From positions 111,833 to 175,832 of the forward strand of contig LBOM01000003.1 in the NCBI GenBank assembly GCA_000989515.1: a DNA stretch of 64,000 bases, in the 5' to 3' direction. The position numbers were made by a program, and so were the translations under genes. Shown piece by piece: positions 40,712-49,922 of the stretch (position 1 is its first letter; the number at the start of each line of letters is the position of its first letter). The stretch is from Candidatus Nomurabacteria bacterium GW2011_GWE1_32_28. Lineage in GTDB: Bacteria; Patescibacteriota; Minisyncoccia; Phycocordibacterales; UBA9973. Below the pieces are notes generated by a model. It ran no database searches, was not told the origin of the DNA, and worked only from the letters and a program-made list of their open reading frames with translations.

Positions 40712-40768
40712 TTTGATTAGTAATTAATTTATTTTTTATTCTCTTCTTTAAATTCCTGATTGATTTTT

Positions 40769-40801
40769 TTCTGTATTTTAAATTCGTAATTCGTAATTGA
40801 C
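40769..40801 (-). repeat. Heptamer junction element
   Basis: TTCTGTATTTTAAATTCGTAATTCGTAATTGAC, abutting the stop codon at 40802. Confidence 0.85.
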
Positions 40802-41194
40802 CTACCTGCTTGTTCCAAAAAGGTCTATTCTCTCTAGTGAGACCATTTTTGATGGCCCTGATTCATGAAAACAAGTTATTAATTCTATTCCCCCGTACCT
40901 ACCTAGTATGAGTTGCCCTGTTCTTAATGCATTTCCAGTTTTTGATATTGTGCTATATGGAATGAAGTAATTCATTGGTGTTCCAGGGGGTGAACCGATC
41001 GTTGAAATCGAGATCGAAGTACCAGGCACATAACAGAGATAGCCAGCACCTTCTAGTGTTTCTATCTCAATGGCTTTTGTGCTTAGTATCTTTCCTCCAA
41101 AAAATCCACCAAAAGAAGAATAAGCAAGAACTATTTTTGTTCCAATAAATAAAAATGAAATAGTTAGCAAAAATAAAATGATGCCTTTTTTCAT
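40802..41194 (-). CDS. Small secreted protein
   Basis: Signal peptide, FGGKI, two Cys, ends GTSR. Confidence 0.7.
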   Translation of the reverse strand: MKKGIILFLLTISFLFIGTKIVLAYSSFGGFFGGKILSTKAIEIETLEGAGYLCYVPGTSISISTIGSPPGTPMNYFIPYSTISKTGNALRTGQLILGRYGGIELITCFHESGPSKMVSLERIDLFGTSR

Positions 41195-41226
41195 GTATAT
41201 ATTATAACAATATTAAAAGAACAGTG

Positions 41227-42168
41227 CTACTCTTTTTTGTTGATATCTATGATTTTTGTGAGATTGATCCAATCTGAGAGAGTTAAATTTTCTGCTCTTT
41301 TGTTTCCAAGAGATTCTAACTTAATCATCGAGTCAAGGGCGGAGGCAATTCCTCCGCCCTTGAGAAATGTTTTTAAATTTGAGGAGAGTTTTTTTCTTTT
41401 ATGGGCAAAGCCAGTATGTATTATTTCCCAAAATTTCTCTTCATTTAGTTTATTTTTGATAAAAATTTTTCTTGAGATGTTTTTTATAGCGATTATTGCG
41501 GAATCTACCTTTGGGGCAGGAGAAAAATACCTTGAAGGCACCTTCATAATTATTTTAGGGCTCCCATATGCCTTTACTGATATGGATAAAATACTTTCCT
41601 TGCCGTCGCGTGCGACTATTCTCTTTGCTACTTCGTTTTGTACCATCAAGATCATCATCTCTGGTTGTTCTTTTTCTGAAAGAAACTTTTTCAATATGGC
41701 ACCAGTTATATTATAGGGAATATTAGCGATAATTTTATAAGAAAAATAATGAGGAATATTATTTTTAAAACCACACATATTTCCCTGCTGGGAAATTGCT
41801 ATGCTCGGCTCGACAGCCTGCGCAATGCTTTTAAAAACAACATTCCTCATTATTTTTCTAATTTGTAATTTGTAATTTGTAATTTGTAATTTTAGTATGT
41901 CATCATTTATTAAAATTAATTTCTGGTTTTTTATTTCTTCAGAGAATTTAATTTTTAGAAGTTCATAAAGTTCGTAGTCTTTTTCTATGGCTACAACACA
42001 GCCTGCTTTTTCTAAAAGTTTTTCTGTTAAGGCACCCTTTCCGGGTCCTATTTCTAGTATAATATCTCGAGAAGAAACTTCTCCAGCCTCTACTATTTTT
42101 TTTAATGCGATAGTAGATTTTAAGAAATTTTGACCTAATGATTTTTTTGCTTTGTGTATTTTCTGCAT
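41227..42168 (-). CDS. rsmA: 16S rRNA dimethyltransferase
   Basis: KKSLGQNFL, LEIGPG.G.LT, ANIPY, F.PAPKVDS; start moved to MQK. Confidence 0.96.
   Translation of the reverse strand: MQKIHKAKKSLGQNFLKSTIALKKIVEAGEVSSRDIILEIGPGKGALTEKLLEKAGCVVAIEKDYELYELLKIKFSEEIKNQKLILINDDILKLQITNYKLQIRKIMRNVVFKSIAQAVEPSIAISQQGNMCGFKNNIPHYFSYKIIANIPYNITGAILKKFLSEKEQPEMMILMVQNEVAKRIVARDGKESILSISVKAYGSPKIIMKVPSRYFSPAPKVDSAIIAIKNISRKIFIKNKLNEEKFWEIIHTGFAHKRKKLSSNLKTFLKGGGIASALDSMIKLESLGNKRAENLTLSDWINLTKIIDINKKE
41333..41363. repeat. GC-rich hairpin, in-frame in rsmA
   Basis: TCAAGGGCGGAGG-CAATT-CCTCCGCCCTTGA (13-bp perfect stem). Confidence 0.85.
41740..41859 (+). mobile_element. Family B (divergent) hairpin insertion, in-frame in rsmA
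   Basis: 120 bp; 31-bp arms with 2 mismatches; core has a 7-bp stem with TGCT loop plus CTCGGCTCGACAGCCTGCG. Confidence 0.8.
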
Positions 42169-42209
42169 TTTCAATTCGTAATTCGTAATTCGTAATTGTT
42201 AATTTGTAG
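42161..42209 (-). repeat. Heptamer junction element containing the rsmA start codon
   Basis: TTCTGCATTTTCAATTCGTAATTCGTAATTCGTAATTGTTAATTTGTAG. Confidence 0.85.
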
Positions 42210-42210
42210 T

Positions 42211-44244
42211 TTATATATAAATTGTTTTTATTCCTCCTTCCTCACCTTCTTTCTCTAGTATATCACTTGGAATATCTGAAATAAATTCAGATGGAGCATT
42301 TATTTGTCTAGAGCCAAATATTGTACGGAAATTTGCAAATGATAAAAATAATTTTTCACGAGCTCTTGTGATTGCTACGTAAAAAAGTCTACGTTCTTCT
42401 TCTTTGTCTTCTCCATTTTTACTCTCATTATTTCTTCTGTGTGGAAAAAGTCCATCTTCTAATCCTGTAGTAAAAATATATTTAAATTCAAGACCTTTTG
42501 ATGCATGCACTGTCATTAATTTGACAGCATTTGTTTCTGTTTTTTTATTTTCAGCAATCATCATTGAGTCTTGATCTGAGGCTAATGACGCATCTTCTAA
42601 AAGTTTCTCTATTCCCAATCCGTCCTTTGAATTATCATATTTTAGAGCCAATGTTACTAATTCTTTTATGTTTTCTAATCTTTCCATGTCTTCTTCTGTG
42701 CCGGTTGAAAGCTCCGTCTCTATTCCAGATTTTTTTACTGCGAACCTAATGACTTCAGATGCTTTTGAACTTTTAATTTTTTCTTTTATTTCTTCTAATA
42801 TTTTATAAAAATTATCTATCTTTATTTTTACTTTTATTGGTAGATTTTCCTTTTCTCCAGAAAAAAGTTTTATCAATGTTACTTTCCCTATTCCCCTAAC
42901 AGGGAAATTTATTATTCTTTTTATTTCAGAAAGACTTTCAGGATTTAGTGCGCAACGTAAATAAGCGAGAGTATCTTTTATTTCTTTTCTTTCAAAAAAT
43001 TTAACACCCAAAACTTGGTATGGAATATTGTATCGTAGCAATGCTTCTTCTAGAGCGCGGGATTGAAAATTTGCACGATAGAGGATGGCAACGTCAGACA
43101 AAATTATGGATGCTACCTTAGAAGGGTCGCTGTCTAGGTCTGTTGACCTAGCGCTGCCTCTCGGCTCGTCAGCCTGCGAGACACCCTTCAAAGGTACATC
43201 CGTAATTTTGTCTAAAAGTTCTAAAATTTTTGTTGCGACGAAATCAGCTTCATCATTTTCATCTAATGCTTCATATAGTCCTATCTTCTCTCCAGTTTTA
43301 TTTTTGGTAAATAAATTTTTATCAGGCCTGTATACATTCTTTTTTATTACCTCATTTGCTGCCTCTAATATGTTTTGAGTTGATCTATAATTCTCTTCAA
43401 GTAATATTATTTTTGTTTCTTTTCCATAATCTTTTTCAAAACTTAAAATATTTTTTAAATTTGCTCCACGCCAAGAATAAATATTTTGATCGGCATCTCC
43501 AACTACACAAATATTTTTATTTTTTTCAGAAAGCAAACGTGACATCAAATATTGTACTTCATTTGTGTCTTGATATTCATCTATGTGTATGTATTCCCAT
43601 TTTTCTTGATAGATTTTTCTTATTTCTTCTTTTTCTTTTAATAGTTTTGTTGCTTTTAAAAGTAGATCATCAAAATCTAAAGAATTCTCTTTAGCTTTTT
43701 TCTTTTCATATAGGGCCCAGACTTGAGCTACTAGTTTACTTAAATAGTCATACACTTTTTCCTCATAATCTTTTAAATGTGTGAATTTACCTTTTTCTCT
43801 ACTTATTATATTTTTTATTTTTCTAGGATCATATTGTTTTGGATCTATTCCTAATTCTTTTAGTGATTCTTTGATCAATGTAGTGGAATCAGAATCATCT
43901 AATATTGTAAAATGTCTAGTAAGACCCAAAATATGGGCATTTTCTTTGATTATATAGACTCCTAGTGAGTGAAAAGTAGACACAAAAGGAACAGAATCTT
44001 GACCTTTTATATGTTTTTTTATTTCTGAAATTATTCGTTCACGCATTTCTTTTGCTGCCTTGTTTGTGAATGTCACAGCTAAGATTTTATCTGGAGATAT
44101 TCCATTTTTAATTAAATTCAATATTCTATGTGTTATTGTCTTCGTTTTTCCTGCACCAGCTCCAGCGACAATCAAAATAGGACCATTCATATGAATGGCA
44201 GCTTCTCTTTGCATAGCATTTAGTCCTTTTAAGTGTTCTTCCAT
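42211..44244 (-). CDS. pcrA: UvrD/PcrA family DNA helicase
   Basis: AGAGAGKT, DEYQD, VGDADQNIY, NYRST, TVHASKGLEF, EERRLFYVAITRA; start moved to MEEH. Confidence 0.96.
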   Translation of the reverse strand: MEEHLKGLNAMQREAAIHMNGPILIVAGAGAGKTKTITHRILNLIKNGISPDKILAVTFTNKAAKEMRERIISEIKKHIKGQDSVPFVSTFHSLGVYIIKENAHILGLTRHFTILDDSDSTTLIKESLKELGIDPKQYDPRKIKNIISREKGKFTHLKDYEEKVYDYLSKLVAQVWALYEKKKAKENSLDFDDLLLKATKLLKEKEEIRKIYQEKWEYIHIDEYQDTNEVQYLMSRLLSEKNKNICVVGDADQNIYSWRGANLKNILSFEKDYGKETKIILLEENYRSTQNILEAANEVIKKNVYRPDKNLFTKNKTGEKIGLYEALDENDEADFVATKILELLDKITDVPLKGVSQADEPRGSARSTDLDSDPSKVASIILSDVAILYRANFQSRALEEALLRYNIPYQVLGVKFFERKEIKDTLAYLRCALNPESLSEIKRIINFPVRGIGKVTLIKLFSGEKENLPIKVKIKIDNFYKILEEIKEKIKSSKASEVIRFAVKKSGIETELSTGTEEDMERLENIKELVTLALKYDNSKDGLGIEKLLEDASLASDQDSMMIAENKKTETNAVKLMTVHASKGLEFKYIFTTGLEDGLFPHRRNNESKNGEDKEEERRLFYVAITRAREKLFLSFANFRTIFGSRQINAPSEFISDIPSDILEKEGEEGGIKTIYI
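43096..43213 (+). mobile_element. Family B hairpin insertion, in-frame in pcrA
   Basis: 118 bp; arms AGACAAAATTATGGATGCTACCTTAGAAGGG / CCCTTCAAAGGTACATCCGTAATTTTGTCT; core matches the reverse complement of the uvrB copy. Confidence 0.85.
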
Positions 44245-44319
44245 AATTATAATATTAGCACATAACAAAAATAGCCCACCATTTTTTATTATGAGTTATT
44301 TTTGAGTAAGTTTTTTAGA

Positions 44320-46704
44320 TTATTTTAATCTAAGGTCTTCTAATTTACCCATTTCTCCAGCTTTATGTAGTGCACGATTTACGTATTTGTGTACTGTTTC
44401 TGATGATTGAAAGAATGAGCCTTCTTTAGGTTTAAGTCCAGTTACTTCTTGTAGTTTATGTAAATAAGTATTTAATCCAGTAAGTTGTCCAGGATTTTCT
44501 GCTTTCAATACATCTCTTGCTGAAAGTCCTCCTTTTTCTAACCAATCACCTGATGGAAAAAGATGTTTAATATTTTTTATATATACATCTTGTCCGTGTT
44601 CTTCTACATTTTCAAAATTTGGTTTTACCTTATTGTTTTCAATTAAGGTTTTTTCTCCTGTATCAATAGAATTATTTTCTATATCTGGACCTGTTCCTGT
44701 GTTGTCTCCATATTCAATTATATTTGTATGATCTCCACTTACAGCTTCTTGTGTTTTATCTATCTGATTTAATATTTCTTGACCACTTCCAGTTTCAACA
44801 CTATTGTCTGTTGTTACACCACCATATTCCTCGGGTATGCTATCTAATGCTGAAGTATATCTTGTGGTGGTTGAAGTATTATGTGAATATTCATAAGGAC
44901 TATTTACTCCACCAGTCCCCGATGGTTTGCCTTCAAAATATTCTTGTATTGAGGGTTTTCCAGAAGCATCTATATCAAGCACATAAGCAGGGTTTCCTTT
45001 TGGTCCAGTTTCACCCATATCCTGCACCCATGATTCTGTTCCTCCCTTTATATATCCTTGATCTATCGCTATAAGATGTGCTTTTCCTCCAGACCATTCG
45101 TGAATTGCTGTTTTGTCTCCTATATCCCCATCGAATCCAAATTTTTCTGGACTCATTTCAAGTTGACGTCTAAGTACATGTTCTACCCCTTCTCCATTAC
45201 CTATTGTGGCTATTTTTAGGTCGTTTGGGTTTAGTTCTGGTCTAGATGTTTTTGGTAGTACTTCTGTTTCAGGTGGTATAACACCTCCTTCTTTATGTGG
45301 AGTATTTTCTGGTGTATCTGTTGTCATTCCTCCATGTGCGGGGAAAATACCAAGCATTCCTGGACCAGCAAGCCAATCTGCTGTCATCTGTGCACCCTTT
45401 CCTCCCGCCACACCAGCGACTACTGTACCAAGGACATTGTTTGCAATGAAATATTTTTTATCTCTACGTATTCTTTCTGAATATTTAGCACATAATTCAA
45501 TATTAAAGTCAGCTATTTTGCCTAGTATTTTTTCTCTTTCTGTTGGGTCTGTTTCGCCCCTTGAAAGTTCTTCAAAGTGGGTCATTTCTTTTGATGTAGT
45601 TGCTTCTTCTTGTTGAGCTTTTAATGTTTTAGCAGAATCATGCTCGTATGCTTTTCTTGCTATTGGTTGAAAAACTTTTTTTGAAAGAAAATAACCAAAT
45701 GTACCACCCATAAGACTACGTGCCATTTTATATCCTACAAAAGCTGCCGCACTAGCACCAGCTGCGACAGAAGCAGGAAGCCATAATGCAGTACCTGCTC
45801 CGATGATTGCAGCATTTAGTGCCATTCTTTTTCCTCTTCCCATTCCCATATATCCTTTTGACAATTTATTTTCAGATATTCCACCTATTCCTCTTTTGAA
45901 GAAATTCTTTACATGGTCCCACCCAGTTGGATTAAGTGCACTGTTTGAAGAAATTTTTGCATCTTGATATCGGATTGTTTCTGTTTGTATCATAGAAAGT
46001 GCAAAAAGTTCAGCATCTTCTGTCTTTTCTTTAAAATCCGCATGATCACGGTATTTTTCTAAGTTTATTAGTTGGCTATCTAGGTTTGCTATTTTGAGTT
46101 CACGAAGAAGCGGATTATAGTCATTATCTATAAGTCGTATTTCTCTTTTTATATTTTGAATTTGTTGATCATATTTAGCTTTTACTGTAGATATTTCTGC
46201 ATTTGGATTATCTCTCGCTGTTTTATATTCTTCCTTTATTCTTTTTAGGCGATCTTCAAGACCAAACATTTCATTTCTTTTTCCAGAAACATTAACAGCT
46301 GCTGTTATCTCTCTTTCAGAATGTTTTTCTTTCAGTTCAAGGAGAGCTCTTTCTTGTGCTATTTGTTGTTCTTCTGGTGTTTTATTAAAAAATGCAGCTG
46401 GGTTGTATTTACAGAAAATTTCTGCAGCATTTAAGAGCTCTTCACGAGAATATTGTTCTTTGTTTTCTTTTGTTTCTTTTTTGTCAGTATTATTTTCTTC
46501 TTTTGTAACTGTTTTGGTTTCTTCTGTTTCAGTTTCAATTACCTCTTTTATTTCTTTACCCTCAATATTGTTTTCTTTTTTCCATGCAATGTTTCCATCT
46601 ACTGCCAATGGCTGTTTTGATTTTTTATCATCTTGTACTAATTTTTCATTTTTAGGATTTGGTGTTATTCTATTTTTTGATTCTGGTATTTGTTCTTTTG
46701 GCAT
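44320..46704 (-). CDS. Large hypothetical membrane protein
   Basis: 794-aa ORF with charged coiled-coil N-terminus and Gly/Ala-rich hydrophobic segments. Confidence 0.75.
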   Translation of the reverse strand: MPKEQIPESKNRITPNPKNEKLVQDDKKSKQPLAVDGNIAWKKENNIEGKEIKEVIETETEETKTVTKEENNTDKKETKENKEQYSREELLNAAEIFCKYNPAAFFNKTPEEQQIAQERALLELKEKHSEREITAAVNVSGKRNEMFGLEDRLKRIKEEYKTARDNPNAEISTVKAKYDQQIQNIKREIRLIDNDYNPLLRELKIANLDSQLINLEKYRDHADFKEKTEDAELFALSMIQTETIRYQDAKISSNSALNPTGWDHVKNFFKRGIGGISENKLSKGYMGMGRGKRMALNAAIIGAGTALWLPASVAAGASAAAFVGYKMARSLMGGTFGYFLSKKVFQPIARKAYEHDSAKTLKAQQEEATTSKEMTHFEELSRGETDPTEREKILGKIADFNIELCAKYSERIRRDKKYFIANNVLGTVVAGVAGGKGAQMTADWLAGPGMLGIFPAHGGMTTDTPENTPHKEGGVIPPETEVLPKTSRPELNPNDLKIATIGNGEGVEHVLRRQLEMSPEKFGFDGDIGDKTAIHEWSGGKAHLIAIDQGYIKGGTESWVQDMGETGPKGNPAYVLDIDASGKPSIQEYFEGKPSGTGGVNSPYEYSHNTSTTTRYTSALDSIPEEYGGVTTDNSVETGSGQEILNQIDKTQEAVSGDHTNIIEYGDNTGTGPDIENNSIDTGEKTLIENNKVKPNFENVEEHGQDVYIKNIKHLFPSGDWLEKGGLSARDVLKAENPGQLTGLNTYLHKLQEVTGLKPKEGSFFQSSETVHKYVNRALHKAGEMGKLEDLRLK

Positions 46705-46719
46705 ATTTTTATTTTAAAA

Positions 46720-47034
46720 TTATTTAACTTTTGCCAATAACATGGATTTATAATTTGCGACTTCTTCTTTCGCTAGATCTTCATAATTTGGTATCTCTTT
46801 TTTAATAAAATTTGCAATAGCTTCAGCATTTTCAGAGTCATTTTTTAATATATTTGCGAGTTCGTTTTGTTTTTCTTCACTTAGGCTTTCTATTATTTTG
46901 ATCCAAATACCTCGAGTGATTACATACCCGGCATCATCTAAAATAGTTTGTTTAATTTCTGGTTCAATATCTTCAAGATTAAGTTCTTTGAATAGGTCTG
47001 TGCTTAAAAGTTTTTCTATTTCTTTTTTATCCAT
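46720..47034 (-). CDS. Small acidic helical hypothetical protein
   Basis: 104-aa ORF; DLFKELNL...IPNYE pattern. Confidence 0.7.
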   Translation of the reverse strand: MDKKEIEKLLSTDLFKELNLEDIEPEIKQTILDDAGYVITRGIWIKIIESLSEEKQNELANILKNDSENAEAIANFIKKEIPNYEDLAKEEVANYKSMLLAKVK

Positions 47035-47432
47035 ATATTTATATTTTTTATCTTAATTTTTAATAACTTTATTATAACACTACCCAAAAAAATGCCAAGC
47101 TTCTTTGAGATAAGAAGAAAAAGGGACTTTTTTAGGTCTAATTAGTACACATTGTTTAGTTTAATCTGTCAAATTAGTTATCCACATTTGAGTTGACTTG
47201 TGGCTCTCCTTGAGCTACCCTAATAGTATCCCTGGGCAAGAAGTATGGTACAAGTTAGCAGAATAAACAGAAATGACAGTAACCATCGTAAGAACCTTAT
47301 TCTACAGTACAATTCGGTCGTCCTGTAATTCTATCCTTATTTTAAAAGGCTAGAAAAGAAATCTTACGGTAATTAGTTTGTTTTATAAAACCTAAATTTA
47401 ACATATTCAGCTCTATTCTATCCTCTTTCATA

Positions 47433-48497
47433 TTGTTTGGAATGCTTTTTACGCCTATTGGCGCGAAGGCAAGTTTCTTATCTTCAATTTTAGGGAATGA
47501 GGTTTCTGCTGACACTGTTGAATCTATAAGTAGTGCTGAAATTGTAAATAATTCTCAAACCATAGCTCTTCTTCAGGCTGATGTTTCGTCTGCTTCATTT
47601 TTAGAAGAGAAAACAGCTGAAATAAAAGAAAGCATTAGTACAAATATTGTTTCTGAGAATGCTCTTTTGGCAACAGCCAGTCCGATGAGTCTATCAAGTG
47701 GACTTATGGAAGATAGTATTCCCTTTTCTGATCAGATGAGTGTATATGTGGTAAGAAAAGGAGATTCTATTTCTCAAATAGCTGAAATGTTTGGTGTTTC
47801 TGTAAATACTATACTTTGGGCTAACGATATGAAGAAAAACGACAAGCTGTCTCCTGATGATTTACTTTTTATCTTACCAATTTCTGGACTAGAGCATACT
47901 ATTACAAAAGGACAGACCTTAAATAGCATCGCCAAGCTCTACAAGGCAGATATTTCAGATATAGCTCGATTTAATGGTATTACAGAAGAAACGAAGCTTA
48001 ATATTGGAGATAAGATCATTGTTCCAGGTGGAGAAATATATGTTGATGGTCCTACTACTACACAAAAGACTACTTCAGTTAATAAAACATATCCAAAAAC
48101 ATCAGTTAAAAACCTAGCTGGATACTTTATTAATCCAGTCCCTGGTTATGTCAAAACTCAAGGACTTCATGGTAAAAACGCTGTAGATCTAGCTGCTCCA
48201 ATAGGCACACCTATATATGCTGCTGCTTCAGGAACAGTTTTGCTTGCACGTACTGGTTGGAATGGTGCTTATGGAAATATGGTAATCATTCAACATCCAA
48301 ATGGTACAAAAACCCTATATTCTCACCTTTCAAAATTAGGAAGTAAAACTGGCCAAGCTGTAAAACAAGGTGAAATAATAGGCTATGTTGGTAATACAGG
48401 ACGAGTAAGGCCATCTAAGGGTGGAAATGGAGCACATTTACACTTTGAAGTTTATAATGCAAAGAATCCTGGTGTTGATGGATCTTGGAAGTATTAA
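47433..48497 (+). CDS. LysM domain M23 family peptidase
   Basis: Two LysM repeats; H...AVD, YSHL and HLHFEV; start uncertain. Confidence 0.93.
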   Translation: MFGMLFTPIGAKASFLSSILGNEVSADTVESISSAEIVNNSQTIALLQADVSSASFLEEKTAEIKESISTNIVSENALLATASPMSLSSGLMEDSIPFSDQMSVYVVRKGDSISQIAEMFGVSVNTILWANDMKKNDKLSPDDLLFILPISGLEHTITKGQTLNSIAKLYKADISDIARFNGITEETKLNIGDKIIVPGGEIYVDGPTTTQKTTSVNKTYPKTSVKNLAGYFINPVPGYVKTQGLHGKNAVDLAAPIGTPIYAAASGTVLLARTGWNGAYGNMVIIQHPNGTKTLYSHLSKLGSKTGQAVKQGEIIGYVGNTGRVRPSKGGNGAHLHFEVYNAKNPGVDGSWKY

Positions 48498-48521
48498 ATA
48501 TCTAAATAAAAAATATAAAAT

Positions 48522-48560
48522 AAAAAATACCCCCGACTACTACTGTCGGGGGTATTTTTT
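48522..48560. terminator. Bidirectional intrinsic terminator
   Basis: AAAAAATACCCCCGAC-loop-GTCGGGGGTATTTTTT. Confidence 0.85.
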
Positions 48561-48648
48561 AAGTTGTTTATTTTAAAAACTAGAGCTTAATAATATCATT
48601 TAACTAATACGTGAACATAATTATACATATAATATTATTATTGTATTG

Positions 48649-48719
48649 TGCGGGATGGGAGAATCGAACTCCCAACCTCAGTTTGGAAAACTGACGTTTT
48701 ACCATTAAACTAATCCCGC
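48649..48719 (-). tRNA. tRNA-Gly(UCC)
   Basis: GCGGGAT/ATCCCGC acceptor stem; anticodon arm TCAGT-TTTCCAA-ACTGA. Confidence 0.95.
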
Positions 48720-48762
48720 TTTCGCTAAAGCTTCAGCGAGGCAGACCCGCAACGGCTTTAAC

Positions 48763-48836
48763 TGGTCGGGCTGCTGGGAATCGAACCCAGTCTAAACGCT
48801 CCCAAAGCGCTTGTACTACCGGTATACTACAGCCCG
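48763..48836 (-). tRNA. tRNA-Pro(UGG)
   Basis: CGGGCTG/CAGCCCG stem; loop TTTGGGA; CCA encoded. Confidence 0.95.
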
Positions 48837-48870
48837 AAAATTAATTATTATATTCTAGTTTTTGATTATA

Positions 48871-49329
48871 TCATAAAATAATATCACTTACCACTTTTAT
48901 TCTTACTTTTTTTTCTTTTGGACACAAATATACAACAAGTAAATCAACTTGCCATTCTTTTTCTTCGTCAACATTCTTATTTAGGAGATAAGTTTGAATT
49001 GTCCTTGATAAACGTTTCATTTTCCATGGGTGCATATTGTCTTCAGCTCGATAAGAATCTTTTTCTTCACTTCTATCAATATTTTCTATATTTTTTTTAT
49101 TAAGTAGCGGTTCACGTGTAACATCAACAGTTAAAGTTTCACAAGAAACACTTTTTACTTCAACAAAATAGAGTTTCCCTTCTTTTTCTGCGACTATATC
49201 TATTTCGCCCCATTTTTTGGTGTAGTTACGATCTAAAATTGAAAAATTGTGTTTCATGAGGAACCTTGTAGCAATGCTTTCACCTATTTCCCCAGTTTTT
49301 TGTGTTTCTGATGTAAAAACTTTAGGCAT
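48871..49329 (-). CDS. yraN: YraN family PD-(D/E)XK nuclease-like protein
   Basis: GEIGE.IA, RNY...GEIDIVA, FVEVK. Confidence 0.9.
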   Translation of the reverse strand: MPKVFTSETQKTGEIGESIATRFLMKHNFSILDRNYTKKWGEIDIVAEKEGKLYFVEVKSVSCETLTVDVTREPLLNKKNIENIDRSEEKDSYRAEDNMHPWKMKRLSRTIQTYLLNKNVDEEKEWQVDLLVVYLCPKEKKVRIKVVSDIIL

Positions 49330-49431
49330 AATAGTAATCGATTACGAATTAATAATTACGAATAAAAAAGATAGATATTTGGTTCCTTTTTGTCTTTCAG
49401 GAAGTAGTTTCATAAGAAACATCTTTAATTT

Positions 49432-49447
49432 CGTTTCACGTGAAACG
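49432..49447. promoter_or_regulatory. parS centromere-like site
   Basis: CGTTTCACGTGAAACG versus consensus TGTTTCACGTGAAACA; degenerate copies at 49108, 49135, 49406 and 50171. Confidence 0.8.
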
Positions 49448-49636
49448 AAAGGCTTAATTTTATGTCTTTTATTAAAATATCCTTATTTTGTAAGGTATTC
49501 TTATCAAAAAGGTCTTTACAGACAAGAATTTTTAGTGTCCTTTATAAACAGTACCAACATGGTTATCCACAGTTTTTGATAAAATCCTTATAAACTAAGA
49601 TTAAAATAAAAGGACAGACCTTTAAGATATTTTTTG

Positions 49637-49707
49637 TGCGGCTAGGGAGAATCGAACTCCCGTCTCATCCTTGGCAAGGACGTGTTCTACCACTAAACCA
49701 TAACCGC
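49637..49707 (-). tRNA. tRNA-Gly(GCC)
   Basis: GCGGTTA/TAGCCGC stem; anticodon loop TTGCCAA. Confidence 0.95.
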
Positions 49708-49840
49708 TTTTTTAAAAAAAATAAATATAATTTATATTTTTAGATTATATTCTATTATAATATTTTAATTAAACTATTGCAATTTTTTTGTGGAATTTTA
49801 ATAAAAGTGTATAATTATATTATTATTAAATAATAAAAAA

Positions 49841-49912
49841 GCACCCGTGGTGAAATGGATATCATAACTGCCTTCGAAGCAGTCGTTCCAGGTTCGACCC
49901 CTGGCGGGTGCA
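49841..49912 (+). tRNA. tRNA-Arg(UCG)
   Basis: GCACCCG/CGGGTGC stem; anticodon arm ACTGC-CTTCGAA-GCAGT. Confidence 0.95.
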
Positions 49913-49922
49913 CAAAATATAG

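Noticed and set aside
22581-42209. Heptamer tracts as a CRISPR array
   Set aside because: The repeats are separated by whole genes rather than 30-40 bp spacers, and no cas genes are present
25422-42209. Classical integron attC array driven by the tyrosine recombinase at 54125-55042
   Set aside because: The junctions lack RYYYAAC/GTTRRRY cores and attC palindromes; the recombinase looks like a housekeeping Xer without the IntI-specific insertion
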